From positions 1 to 29,173 of the IMG/VR virus record IMGVR_UViG_3300010153_000068: 29,173 nt of DNA. The stretch is one strand, 5' to 3'. This document shows, piece by piece, positions 8,874-18,748 of this stretch. Both the position numbers and the translations under genes were made by a program. The stretch is from a virus (Duplodnaviria; Caudoviricetes). Within the stretch, counting starts at the first letter, position 1. Each line of letters begins with the position of its first letter. A model generated the notes under the pieces. That model did no database searches. It was not told where the DNA came from and saw only the letters and a list, made by a program, of their open reading frames with translations.

Positions 8874-9985
8874 TGCCAGATACAGTACCAGCAATGTTAG
8901 AACCCGGTGAATTTGTTATACGTAAAGATGCCGCAGAAAAAATAGGAATGGACAAGTTAAATATGTTAAACAATGCAGATAGATTAGAAAGTGGTCACTC
9001 AGCTATTGACGAACTAATAGCACTTAGTACGCTTAGTGGCTCACAAAAAATGATGAGTGGTGGCAATGTAAAAAAGATGCCTCAGTCTGGTTACATGCAA
9101 GATGGTGGTAGTGTAGATGACCCGTTAGAGATAGATGCTAGACAGAGAATGGGTACTCAACAAGCCATGGGTAACATAGGCATGATGGATAATACGAGCG
9201 ATAAAGGCATATTAAGCGGCTTATCTAAGATGCAAAGAGACATTGAACTATTAAAAATGATGGAAAGCAGGTATCCTAACCCTAAAAGTATGCGAGAATA
9301 CAGAAGTATGAAGGAGGATTCTGGCGATATAATGAATATGGATGAGATGATAGAAGCTCTAAGTAGAGCGGCTGGTGCTACTCAAAATAAATTTAAGATA
9401 CCTGAGTATAATAATGGTGGTTCAACTTACACCTATGGCTCAGGTCAAACAAGTATGCCTAGTATTGCAGATGTTTATGAAGCGGCTGGGTATATGCCTA
9501 ATGAACAACAGTTGGAAAAATTTCAAAGTCAATTCTTATATGACCCTAGTAGAGAAGAGTCAACAGTAGCAGGTTATATGTCAAATGTTGCAGATATAAG
9601 TTCTCAAGCACAATCTGCATTAGGAAAGGCTATGTCTTCTTCTCAAGGTGCTGGTGCTGGATTTACTGGTTTTGGAGAAAGAGAAAGATTAATGTCTGAA
9701 GCTGGAAGTAGTATTCAAGAGCGAGGAACAAGAAGTCTTGAGTCTGCTCAAAGAGGTTTATTTGAAGATATTAGAGACCAAAGAGAAAAGTACTTGCAAG
9801 ATGCTGGACTAGCGTTAGCTGAACTTGAAGGTGCTGGAGACCGAGAATACGTAGCTCCAACTGGAGCTGGTAGTATGCATAGTCCACCGGGATGGACTGG
9901 AGGACAAGGTCAGGAGGGTCAAAGATTTGAAGGCTCTAATGGAATAATGTATGTTTATGTTAACGGTGGATGGAGGCAAGCTTAA
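8873..9985 (+). CDS. probable internal virion/ejection protein
   Basis: Starts with DTVPAMLEPGEFVIRKDAA (motif common in tape-measure/ejection proteins); Gln/Gly/Met-rich helical sequence. Confidence 0.55.
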   Translation: MPDTVPAMLEPGEFVIRKDAAEKIGMDKLNMLNNADRLESGHSAIDELIALSTLSGSQKMMSGGNVKKMPQSGYMQDGGSVDDPLEIDARQRMGTQQAMGNIGMMDNTSDKGILSGLSKMQRDIELLKMMESRYPNPKSMREYRSMKEDSGDIMNMDEMIEALSRAAGATQNKFKIPEYNNGGSTYTYGSGQTSMPSIADVYEAAGYMPNEQQLEKFQSQFLYDPSREESTVAGYMSNVADISSQAQSALGKAMSSSQGAGAGFTGFGERERLMSEAGSSIQERGTRSLESAQRGLFEDIRDQREKYLQDAGLALAELEGAGDREYVAPTGAGSMHSPPGWTGGQGQEGQRFEGSNGIMYVYVNGGWRQA

Positions 9986-9986
9986 T

Positions 9987-11732
9987 ATGGCAAGAGTATT
10001 ATCAAGAAGTAATAGACCTATAATAATTCAAGAAGCTCAAAGTGGTCTTGATACATTCCTTACAGAGATAGCTAAGTATGCTAGTCCTGAGTACCAACAA
10101 CAAAGAAGAGCAAATGAACTTGCGGAGGCTCAACAAAAAAAGAACAATGAACGTGCAGATGCTAGGCTTGAATTAGATAGGCAGGAAATTAATACTGCTA
10201 GACAAAGGTATGCTAATCAACAAGAAGAAAGAGCTAGGGCAATAACACTAGAGCAAACAAGATATGATGAAGGAAAAAGAATAGAAAATAAAGAAAGAAA
10301 ATATGTAGCAACGGAAAGACTTAAAAAGGAAATTACAAGTGAGTTAAATAGTGTTCCTATTTCTAGTTTTCAGGGAGATGGATATAGCGATACTTGGAAC
10401 TCTGTTTCTAAAAGTATGTTGCCAAATGAAAGTGAAGATGAGTTTGGATTAATAAACATAGGTTCTGATTTTGCTAAAAATATTTACAATAAAAAGAAAA
10501 TAGTATCTGACAACGCTTACGCTCAAGCAAAAAAATATAAACCTCTTTTTCCTGAACTTACTTTAAATCAGTTAGCTAAGTCTATGGTTAGCGGTGATTC
10601 AATAGATTTAATAAGTGATAAAATAGATAAACAGGGAAAACTTAATGACGTTCAAAAAAATAAGTTAAAAGGTTTTAATAGTAGTATAAAAGAAACTCTT
10701 GCAATAATTTCAAAGGCTCAAGAAAATTTAAATGAACTAGACCCAGAAGACGACAAGGCTCTTTACAATTCTGTTTCATCAAGTATTAATACTTATAGGA
10801 ACGATATTAACGCACTAAATAAACAAATAGAATCTATATACTCTAGTGTACAAAAAGGATTTACAGTAAATCCCGGTGATAATCAAGATTTTTCTGGAGC
10901 TAATTTAAACCTTGATGATGAAGATTCATCTACTGTTCCTATGTATTTAATGGATAACGAATCTTTTGCACAGCTAGAAGATGAAGAAAGTATTTTTGAA
11001 AGTGAAGAGCAGGAAAAACAAAGGTTGAATAGTGATATAACTAATTTATTAGCTATTGGAAATGAAAGTCAAAATAATGACATTGTCTATTCAGATAGAT
11101 TAGATGAAAGTGCTCCTCCTGCAACAGAAAAAGAAGGATTAGACTTAGTTGAGAGTAGGGAAGACGGTGAGAAACTTGGTGTTCCTAAAAATATATTAGA
11201 CAATTTATTTCCTCCTTCTACAAAAGCACAGACAACTCCTCAAATATCTAAAGAGCAAGAAGGTATTTTAGATTTATTTGACGAAGGATTAAAAAAAGCA
11301 AAGAGACCTAATGTCACCCCTCCTTCTTCTGAGTCTGATATTGAAGAAGATGTAATTGTAAAACCTTTTGATACTTCTTTAGAAGATTTTTCAAATCTAA
11401 GAAAAGCAAATCCACCTACATTAAGTGATTTAAAATCTTTAGATGTTAAAGACCGCCAAGGAAATGATTTAAATTTAGATTCAGCAGGACAATTAAACAA
11501 ACAACTATCTGGTTTATATAAATCTATAACTGGTAAACAAATTAACAAAGTAGAAACTCAAAAAGCAAATAAAGCTAAAGACTTTATGAAAATATTAGCT
11601 ACAGGGTCTCAACTTAAAGGAACAGACACTAAAACTAAAAACATTAGAGCTCTTGTTAAAAACTTTTTAAAAAGAAAAGGAACTAATATGGATAAGTTTT
11701 CTAAATTTTTAAACAGAAGATACGGAATATAA
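9987..11732 (+). CDS. probable internal virion/ejection protein (coiled-coil)
   Basis: Start moved from 9951 to ATG 9987 (GGAGG SD at 9972-9976, 1 nt after upstream stop); Q/E/R-rich helical N-terminus, acidic linker. Confidence 0.55.
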   Translation: MARVLSRSNRPIIIQEAQSGLDTFLTEIAKYASPEYQQQRRANELAEAQQKKNNERADARLELDRQEINTARQRYANQQEERARAITLEQTRYDEGKRIENKERKYVATERLKKEITSELNSVPISSFQGDGYSDTWNSVSKSMLPNESEDEFGLINIGSDFAKNIYNKKKIVSDNAYAQAKKYKPLFPELTLNQLAKSMVSGDSIDLISDKIDKQGKLNDVQKNKLKGFNSSIKETLAIISKAQENLNELDPEDDKALYNSVSSSINTYRNDINALNKQIESIYSSVQKGFTVNPGDNQDFSGANLNLDDEDSSTVPMYLMDNESFAQLEDEESIFESEEQEKQRLNSDITNLLAIGNESQNNDIVYSDRLDESAPPATEKEGLDLVESREDGEKLGVPKNILDNLFPPSTKAQTTPQISKEQEGILDLFDEGLKKAKRPNVTPPSSESDIEEDVIVKPFDTSLEDFSNLRKANPPTLSDLKSLDVKDRQGNDLNLDSAGQLNKQLSGLYKSITGKQINKVETQKANKAKDFMKILATGSQLKGTDTKTKNIRALVKNFLKRKGTNMDKFSKFLNRRYGI

Positions 11733-11736
11733 ATAT

Positions 11737-14700
11737 ATGTCTCAGTTTAATACTAGAGAAGAAGTTGTAGGTGCATTTAGAACAAAGAATCCACAGTTTG
11801 CAAACATAGATGACAATAAAGTTTATAATTATGTTGTAAGTAATAAACCTGAGTACGCTATTGAAAGCCGTGAAGAGCAATATCAACTTAAACCTATTCC
11901 CTCCTTAGACGAATTAAGAAGACAAGAAGGAAACCCAACTGAAAATAGTATATTAGATTCTAATCCAATACTTAACACACTTAAAGATGGATATAACAGG
12001 TCTCTTACTGGAATGACCCAAGCTCTTAAGAATAATAAGCAACAGGTGTTTGACTTAAAAGACTATGACCCTAATATAGTTCAAGATATAGGGGCAGGAT
12101 TAGTATCTTTTTTTATGCCTTTAGATTTTGCGACTACTATAGGTGGCGGTGGATTAGGTGGGTTGGCAGCTAAGTCAGCAGCTAAAGCTACTGTAAGAAA
12201 ATATGTATTTAAAAAACTTGTAAACAATGGAGTAAAAAAAGCAACTGCTATTAAAAGTGCGAACTTAGCAGTAGCTAGAGCTCAAGCTGTAGGTACAGGA
12301 GCAAATACATTAGGCTTATATCAAGGTGCTAACTCTGCATTATCTCAACAGTTGCAAAATGGAGATATACAATTCAACAAAGTAGTTAAAGATTACGCTT
12401 CAGGTAGTGCATTAGGTGCTATAACTGGAGGTACTAACTTAGTATTAAGTGAGAAGGGAGTTGGTGCATTAACTAGAGTAGGTGCAGATATAGGTATATT
12501 TACAGCTACAGCACCATTAGCCAGAGGAGAAATATCAGTACCAACACCTCAAGATTTTATTAGTTCAGCTGGTATGGTACTAGGATTAAAAGGTGTAAGT
12601 AAAACATTTTCAGCAGGAAAGGATAAAATTTCTCCATACTTAGAAGATTATGTTAAGAATAAAAGATTAGGTTCTATGACAGTAACAGATTTTTTATCAG
12701 CTCCAAAAGAAAAAAGAGAAAGACTTATTGATGACCAGTTGACAAGTTTAAGCAACAGAAGAGATGTAGAAAATATATACTATAGAAAAAAAGGTGCTCC
12801 AGTTAAAATAACTGGAAGAGATGGTGATAAAATTTTTACTGAATCTTTAGACGGCAACTCTAAGTTTAAATTATATAATAAAAAATATTTTGATGCTAAT
12901 TTTAAGACAGAATCCTTTAGTAAAAACCCAGAAGTTGCTAGGTTAAAAGCAGAAAGAGATATAAGAACATTAGAAAAAAAACTTGGTATAAAACAAAAAG
13001 ATAAAGCAACTAATAGATATGTGAACTCTGGTCTTGTAAAAAAAGAAACTCTAGATAAGGTTATGAAAAACACCAGCTTAGGTAAAAAACCGGAGCTTAA
13101 AAAGTTTAATTCAAAAGCTATATTTACTTACAAAGATAGGCTAATGAAAGATTACGATTTAAAACTTACTCTTAAAAAATTAGAAAAGCAAAAAATAATA
13201 TTAAGTAAGGAATCAAATAGTTTTTTCTTTGATACTTTACTACCTAAAAAAGTAAGTAAATTTCTTGACCCATTTAGAGCTACAATAAATCAAGGTTCAA
13301 ATGCGTTAGCTAGAAGAATACATAATGGAGATATGTATAGATGGGCAAAGGACAGCAGAGAAAGACAAGGTAGCGGATTATCAGCTATGAAAGAAATTGG
13401 CTTACTAGATAAGCCTACAAATAAAGATATACAGTCTCTTGCTAGAGCACTTGGTAAACCTTTCAAAGAAGTATCTGCTAACTACAATGAGAATCTTACT
13501 AAGGCTATGAGAGATGGAAAAACTGAAGTCCAACAAGTATTAAATGTGAGAAAAATATATGATAAGTTTCACAATGATGCTAGGATAGTAGGTGTTCCTG
13601 TTTCTGGTAAGATACCTAACTATGTTCCTAATATATCTAAAGAAGGTGTATCTGCAAAAATAATTAGAGATTTAGATAAAATTTCCAAAGAAGTGTATAA
13701 GACAGATAGAGATGCTAAAGAAAAATACGCAAATGCAACAGAGTTTTTTGACTACTTGGTAACTGCAATGATTGAACCAGATAAAATGGCTAGGCTTAAT
13801 CCGGGAACAGCAAATATAATAGATACGGTTGTAAAAAACTCTCAAAATTTAATGAGTAAAGAAACTAGAAATGCTATAAGTTATGTTAGGGGTGAAAATA
13901 AACAAAGTAAGTTATCTTATTTTAAAGCATTAAGTGATGTAGGTAATGAACTGTACAGAGTTAAGCATGGAAAAAGTAGTCACTTAGAGACAAGAAGAAA
14001 AAGAATACTTCCAGATAGTTATTATGAAAATGACATAGTAAAACTTACGGCTAGATATATTAGTGATGCTTCAAAAAGAACATCAGAAGTTAAGATATTT
14101 GGAAAAGGAACTGAGTATATAGACAAGTTACTAAGAAATAAAGAGATAAGTCAAATAGATAAGGACATAATAGCAGAGCTACAAGCTCACGTATCTGGTT
14201 CTATAAAATATCAAAGTCAATATTCTAAAGGTGTGATAGGGAATATTGTAAGTCAACAAAATATTGATAGGATTTTATTTTGGAATACAGCTACAAAAAT
14301 TGGACTAGGTACAGCTACAGCTTTAAATTTAACTCAGCTCTTAACTTCAGCAGGTATGGAAGCAGGTTATGGTAGAATGCTTAAAGGTAGCTATAAGTAT
14401 GTAACTGATAAAAATTTTAGAAAGTTAGTTGATTCATCTGGAGCAGACCTATATAAAATATCTCACGAACTAATGGGCTTTTCAAATTCTGAGACTTGGC
14501 TTAGGTCATTTGCTGATGTAACAACAAAGTTTTCTGGTTTTAACAGTATAAACTCTGTTAATAATGTTATAGCTGCATCTACAGCTAGCGTTTTTGTAGA
14601 TGACTTAATAAATATAGTTCAAAAAGGTGGCACTTTAAGGTTAGGAAACTTATCTAGAAAACAACAAGTTGCTTGGGCAAAAAATAAATTAAGTGTTTTG

Positions 14701-15591
14701 GGTGTAGATATAAAAGATGTCCAGAAAAAAGGTAGGTTAAGTAACAAAAAAAGATTAGAAGTAATGGGTTCTTTTGCTGGTAGAACACAGTTACAAAGAG
14801 ATTTACTTCAAGACCCTTTGTTTTTAAATAGACCATCCCTAAGATTATTTACTCAGTTTAAAACATTTGGAGTTAGAAACGCTAACTATATGTCTAAGTC
14901 AATAGAGAATGATTTGTATAACTATAACTTCATGCCTTTATTAAGATTAGCTGCAACAGGAATAGCCGGTGCAGGAATAGCTTTAAAGGCAAAAGAAAAG
15001 ATGAAAAACTTTTTTTCAGGAGAAGAGTCTTATGAACCTGAAAAATTTATCAACACAGATGGTAAAGAAATTATACAGGCTATCTCTTCTGTTGGTGCAT
15101 TTGGTTGGTTTTCTTCTGTACTGTCTCCATTAATAGAAGATGGCAAAGGGTTTGGACTTGTAGGTTCGGTTAAATTTTTAACTCTTCCAGCTTTCTGGTC
15201 TGACATTGAAAACGCATTTAAAATAATGGACTCTTTAGAAAATGACTTTGTAAATTATAAAGGAGAGGCTATAGCTAGAATACCAAATAAACTTCTCAAG
15301 TTAACCAATACTCCTATAGCTAGAGATATAGCTAAAGCAGTAGAGACTAAAGGATTAAAAGAGGGAAGGGTTAAATCTCAAAGGTCAAGAAGATTAGGTG
15401 ATTTAAGAAATGCACTTATGGAAGATAGAGGTGCTGAAGCTCAAGCAAAAGCAAGACAAGAAGTTCGTGATTGGAATAGATATATATCGAGTTTACCTGC
15501 TTATTATAGAAAGTATAGACTAGCTCCAACAGATATTAGTATAGAAGAAGTTATAAAAGCTATAAAAAGAAAGAGAGAAAAGGAAGTTTAG
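11737..15591 (+). CDS. large internal virion/DNA ejection protein (T7 gp16-like role)
   Basis: 1284 aa; Gly/Ala-rich membrane-like segments near the N-terminus; C-terminal LFTQFKTF motif with hydrophobic helices; last large gene of the structural operon. Confidence 0.6.
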   Translation: MSQFNTREEVVGAFRTKNPQFANIDDNKVYNYVVSNKPEYAIESREEQYQLKPIPSLDELRRQEGNPTENSILDSNPILNTLKDGYNRSLTGMTQALKNNKQQVFDLKDYDPNIVQDIGAGLVSFFMPLDFATTIGGGGLGGLAAKSAAKATVRKYVFKKLVNNGVKKATAIKSANLAVARAQAVGTGANTLGLYQGANSALSQQLQNGDIQFNKVVKDYASGSALGAITGGTNLVLSEKGVGALTRVGADIGIFTATAPLARGEISVPTPQDFISSAGMVLGLKGVSKTFSAGKDKISPYLEDYVKNKRLGSMTVTDFLSAPKEKRERLIDDQLTSLSNRRDVENIYYRKKGAPVKITGRDGDKIFTESLDGNSKFKLYNKKYFDANFKTESFSKNPEVARLKAERDIRTLEKKLGIKQKDKATNRYVNSGLVKKETLDKVMKNTSLGKKPELKKFNSKAIFTYKDRLMKDYDLKLTLKKLEKQKIILSKESNSFFFDTLLPKKVSKFLDPFRATINQGSNALARRIHNGDMYRWAKDSRERQGSGLSAMKEIGLLDKPTNKDIQSLARALGKPFKEVSANYNENLTKAMRDGKTEVQQVLNVRKIYDKFHNDARIVGVPVSGKIPNYVPNISKEGVSAKIIRDLDKISKEVYKTDRDAKEKYANATEFFDYLVTAMIEPDKMARLNPGTANIIDTVVKNSQNLMSKETRNAISYVRGENKQSKLSYFKALSDVGNELYRVKHGKSSHLETRRKRILPDSYYENDIVKLTARYISDASKRTSEVKIFGKGTEYIDKLLRNKEISQIDKDIIAELQAHVSGSIKYQSQYSKGVIGNIVSQQNIDRILFWNTATKIGLGTATALNLTQLLTSAGMEAGYGRMLKGSYKYVTDKNFRKLVDSSGADLYKISHELMGFSNSETWLRSFADVTTKFSGFNSINSVNNVIAASTASVFVDDLINIVQKGGTLRLGNLSRKQQVAWAKNKLSVLGVDIKDVQKKGRLSNKKRLEVMGSFAGRTQLQRDLLQDPLFLNRPSLRLFTQFKTFGVRNANYMSKSIENDLYNYNFMPLLRLAATGIAGAGIALKAKEKMKNFFSGEESYEPEKFINTDGKEIIQAISSVGAFGWFSSVLSPLIEDGKGFGLVGSVKFLTLPAFWSDIENAFKIMDSLENDFVNYKGEAIARIPNKLLKLTNTPIARDIAKAVETKGLKEGRVKSQRSRRLGDLRNALMEDRGAEAQAKARQEVRDWNRYISSLPAYYRKYRLAPTDISIEEVIKAIKRKREKEV

Positions 15592-16439
15592 TGGCTAGTA
15601 TAAAAGATTACCTCAACACATCAGCTCCTTCTTCTACAGGAGTCCATAGTAATATAGACAATTTAATACTAGAGGCAGAGCTAGATAAGTTTGATAAGAC
15701 TGGTGTTATGTACGCAGATAAAAGACCAAGTTATGTAGGTGGTGTAGACCCTGTTGTAGAAAACATAGCTATGTCCCCTATACTTACATTGAAAAGCTTA
15801 GGTGATGTAGGTAGAAAGATATTGAGTAAGACTGGTTTACGTAACCCTGTATCCCATCATACATTTAGTGCAAATGCTTTAAATATATTAAAATCTGGGA
15901 AGATTAAAGGGAAGGAAGTATCAGTTACTAGAGACCCTATGTTTACATCAAGACCCCATAGTAGTATAGGCACAGATATTAAATTTGTATTAGATAGAGA
16001 TGCAATGGTTAAAAAGGGATTCAGCATAAAGCCATATGCTGAGACTAATTATAGAAAAACACTTACGGAAAGTCTCGATTTAGACCATTATAAAGAAGTA
16101 TTTGGTAAGTATGCAAAACAAATGAACCCTAGGTTCGAATTTGAAGAAAGAGTAAGAGGGAATATACCTATTGATAATGTTAAGTTAATAGATATATTGA
16201 AATTTCCTAAATGGAAAATGGAAGAAGAATTACCAAGCGTTCTTACAAGAAGGTCTAATGTTCTAAATGAAATTCTATCAAAAGATATACCTATGATTAT
16301 GAGTAGTAAAGCTAAAGAACAAATATTAGATATGTTAAACAATAAAGAATTATTAACTAATAGGGAAATTAAAAAAATAATTAATACTCCTACGTATAAT
16401 TTTGACCCTTTTAAAAGACGCACTCCACCTTTTTATTAA
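15591..16439 (+). CDS. hypothetical protein with putative ADP-ribosyltransferase-fold C-terminal domain
   Basis: GTG start overlapping the upstream TAG; motifs SHHT..ALNILKSG, VSVTRD and EFEERV.G.IP. Confidence 0.45.
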   Translation: MASIKDYLNTSAPSSTGVHSNIDNLILEAELDKFDKTGVMYADKRPSYVGGVDPVVENIAMSPILTLKSLGDVGRKILSKTGLRNPVSHHTFSANALNILKSGKIKGKEVSVTRDPMFTSRPHSSIGTDIKFVLDRDAMVKKGFSIKPYAETNYRKTLTESLDLDHYKEVFGKYAKQMNPRFEFEERVRGNIPIDNVKLIDILKFPKWKMEEELPSVLTRRSNVLNEILSKDIPMIMSSKAKEQILDMLNNKELLTNREIKKIINTPTYNFDPFKRRTPPFY

Positions 16440-17767
16440 AAAGGATTAGGTGTGCCACCTATATCATCCCCTCTTTTCTTAGCTATAGACACAGCTTCTT
16501 GCTCTGAGTCTGTAACCATACAACTATTACCATGATACCCAACCTCACATGAGTTAGTTTGTCCATATCTATTCTTAGCTACTATAAGTTCTAAGTAGCA
16601 ATCGCTATTACCATCATCGCCATACCTAGACACCCAAGGATAATGAGAGAATACTACTATCTCTGCATCTTGTTCCAAGTTACCAGACTCTGCTAGGTCA
16701 GACAACCTAGGTACTCTATCGTTTCTATGCTCCATATTTCTATTCATTTGAGATACTAATATAACAGACATGTTCTCAGCCTTAGCTAACCATTTATAGT
16801 TACGACTTACATCTCCTATCTTTAGCCTTAAGTCTCTTCTATCTTGTGGTGGATGCTCTATCAATCCTATATGGTCATCAATAACTACGTCAGGCTTAAC
16901 TGCTTTTATCTCTCTAAAAGTATTCTCCATATCTCTAACGTCGTCAAACATAAATAACTTACCATTATATAACTCTGATATTTTAGCAGACACATCTTCT
17001 ATAATCTTACTATCTATGTCTATACTATTACGTAGGTTTCTATATTGTATAGAGTCTGACTCCATAGCTAAGAACTTCTTCATCATCTCTGTGTTAGGCA
17101 TCTCTCTATTAAACATAGCTACCTTCATACCTTGATGTACTAGATTCCTAGCTATATTAGCTGACACAGTAGTCTTTGCATTACCGGGTCTACCTGCTAT
17201 AATAGTTATCTCACCTCTAGTCATACCAGTAATTACTCTATCTAATGTATTTATACCTGTAGGTATAAGAGTAGTAGATTCAAATATAGATTCTTTAGTC
17301 TTGTCCAGTAGTCCATCCATATCGAAAGTCTTATTAGGTTGAAGCTTTATTATATTACCTATAGTAGTATGTGCATCTTCTAGTAATCTATTAGTATCTA
17401 GTGAACCATCATTTATATTATTAGATATAGAGTGCATCTGAGTGTCTAGTATCCTACGTAGATAGTAAGAGTGTAACCTTCTTGCATACACGTTAGCCTT
17501 AGAAGGAGAAGTAACCTTATCTAAGAACCCACTAATCTCATACATAGAATGGTATCCATCTTTAGAAGCACCCACTTCTTCACATACAGTATTTAAGTCT
17601 ACATCTAAACCTCTACCATGAAGTTTATCTAAAGCTTGCCATACTTTTTTATTAAAGGATGAGTAGAAGAAATCATCTTCTGTTATCCATTGCTTTACAG
17701 GGTCTATATACTGACTATCTGATATAAGACATCCTAATAAAGCTTTTTCTAATTCAACACTATTCAT
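16436..17767 (-). CDS. dnaB: replicative DNA helicase, DnaB family
   Basis: N-terminal ELEKALLGCLI..FFY domain, TGI..LD....G...GE..IIAGRPGNAKT, SQMNR, P.LSDLAESGNLEQDA and AKNRYG. Confidence 0.93.
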   Translation of the reverse strand: MNSVELEKALLGCLISDSQYIDPVKQWITEDDFFYSSFNKKVWQALDKLHGRGLDVDLNTVCEEVGASKDGYHSMYEISGFLDKVTSPSKANVYARRLHSYYLRRILDTQMHSISNNINDGSLDTNRLLEDAHTTIGNIIKLQPNKTFDMDGLLDKTKESIFESTTLIPTGINTLDRVITGMTRGEITIIAGRPGNAKTTVSANIARNLVHQGMKVAMFNREMPNTEMMKKFLAMESDSIQYRNLRNSIDIDSKIIEDVSAKISELYNGKLFMFDDVRDMENTFREIKAVKPDVVIDDHIGLIEHPPQDRRDLRLKIGDVSRNYKWLAKAENMSVILVSQMNRNMEHRNDRVPRLSDLAESGNLEQDAEIVVFSHYPWVSRYGDDGNSDCYLELIVAKNRYGQTNSCEVGYHGNSCMVTDSEQEAVSIAKKRGDDIGGTPNPF

Positions 17768-17768
17768 A

Positions 17769-18143
17769 TTAATCCTTTAACTTTGGTGGCATTCTATCTA
17801 AGTTTTTTCTCTCGTACTCTTGTCTAAGTAAGTAGCTTTTGTTCTCGTTCTTTACTACTGCTGACAAATATTTTATACCATAACCTTTATCTATACCACT
17901 TCTTTTCTCAAACTTATTTATAGACTCAATAATAATATTATCATCTATCCCTTGTATTTCTGTTAGTAAACCACACACATCTACGTCTTGTATATTCCAA
18001 TGAGCAGAGAGACTATTAACTATTCTATCTACAACGCTTAAAAGTCTAGGAGACCTAGCCAGTCTTAGCCTCTCTAAGCTCAATGAAACATCTTTCTTAT
18101 TTATTGTGCCTTTACATAGTGGACATTTAGCCACAGGAATCAC
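17769..18143 (-). CDS. hypothetical replication-associated protein with N-terminal CxxC
   Basis: 124 aa immediately upstream of dnaB; CPLC; YLSAVVKNE weakly resembles the DnaD-like YxxxIxxxW motif. Confidence 0.5.
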   Translation of the reverse strand: MIPVAKCPLCKGTINKKDVSLSLERLRLARSPRLLSVVDRIVNSLSAHWNIQDVDVCGLLTEIQGIDDNIIIESINKFEKRSGIDKGYGIKYLSAVVKNENKSYLLRQEYERKNLDRMPPKLKD

Positions 18144-18558
18144 AATCCTTTTTCACTAAAGGTACATTATTAAAAATAGAAGAACTTAAGTAGTTATCTC
18201 CTACAACTTTACCAGAAGAATCCATGCTCCTAGTCTCGTATGCTCTCTTACATTTAAGACATCTAAAAACCTCTGATGAAGCAAGTTCTTTAACTTTCCT
18301 ACCTTTGTTAGCTCTCCATGCCTCTCTACCACTCTCAGGTATATCAACACACTCCCAATCAATCCAACTATTTCCAAAGTAGTATACTAAATCAGCGACT
18401 TTAGCTCTCGAAATATCTTCGTACTGCCCGTAACCTTTTTTATGAGTGATAGTAGTGTTAGAAACATAGTCATCTCTATTATAACGTACGACTTGCCTCT
18501 TGACTCTTTTACTAATTGAAGGTGTAATCCCTCTATTTCCTCCGAAGGTTTTATCCAT
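18127..18558 (-). CDS. hypothetical Zn-finger protein (start uncertain)
   Basis: CLKC...CDSC pairs; overlaps the upstream resolvase gene by 172 nt. Confidence 0.5.
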   Translation of the reverse strand: MDKTFGGNRGITPSISKRVKRQVVRYNRDDYVSNTTITHKKGYGQYEDISRAKVADLVYYFGNSWIDWECVDIPESGREAWRANKGRKVKELASSEVFRCLKCKRAYETRSMDSSGKVVGDNYLSSSIFNNVPLVKKDCDSCG

Positions 18559-18746
18559 TCTGCTATCCTTTTTCTTACTTTACATTGTACTGTAAAATCT
18601 TCTATTACCATATCCACTTCAGCGTGTAGACCTAACGACCTACCATCAGAACCCCACGCTCTCTTTGATTCTAGTCCATGTTCAAGAGCTTTATTGACAC
18701 ACTCTCTCTCATATCTATTCCCTTTCGCTTTACTTTTTGATGGCAC
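18387..18746 (-). CDS. Holliday junction resolvase, Hjc-type PD-(D/E)xK nuclease
   Basis: SK.KGNRYERE, VDMVI and VQCK motifs. Confidence 0.75.
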   Translation of the reverse strand: MPSKSKAKGNRYERECVNKALEHGLESKRAWGSDGRSLGLHAEVDMVIEDFTVQCKVRKRIAEWIKPSEEIEGLHLQLVKESRGKSYVIIEMTMFLTLLSLIKKVTGSTKIFRELKSLI

Positions 18747-18748
18747 GT

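Noticed and set aside
9375-9569. Nested alternate-frame ORF
   Set aside because: Entirely within 8873-9985, no SD or recognisable features
796-16423. Antisense ORFs in the + arm (796-1005, 2398-2652, 3367-3594, 3744-3980, 4342-4557, 5298-5489, 11240-11548, 11701-11886, 12780-13073, 14654-14836, 16088-16423)
   Set aside because: They lie opposite well-supported, coupled + strand genes and show shadow-like composition (F/L/S/I-rich) with no recognisable motifs
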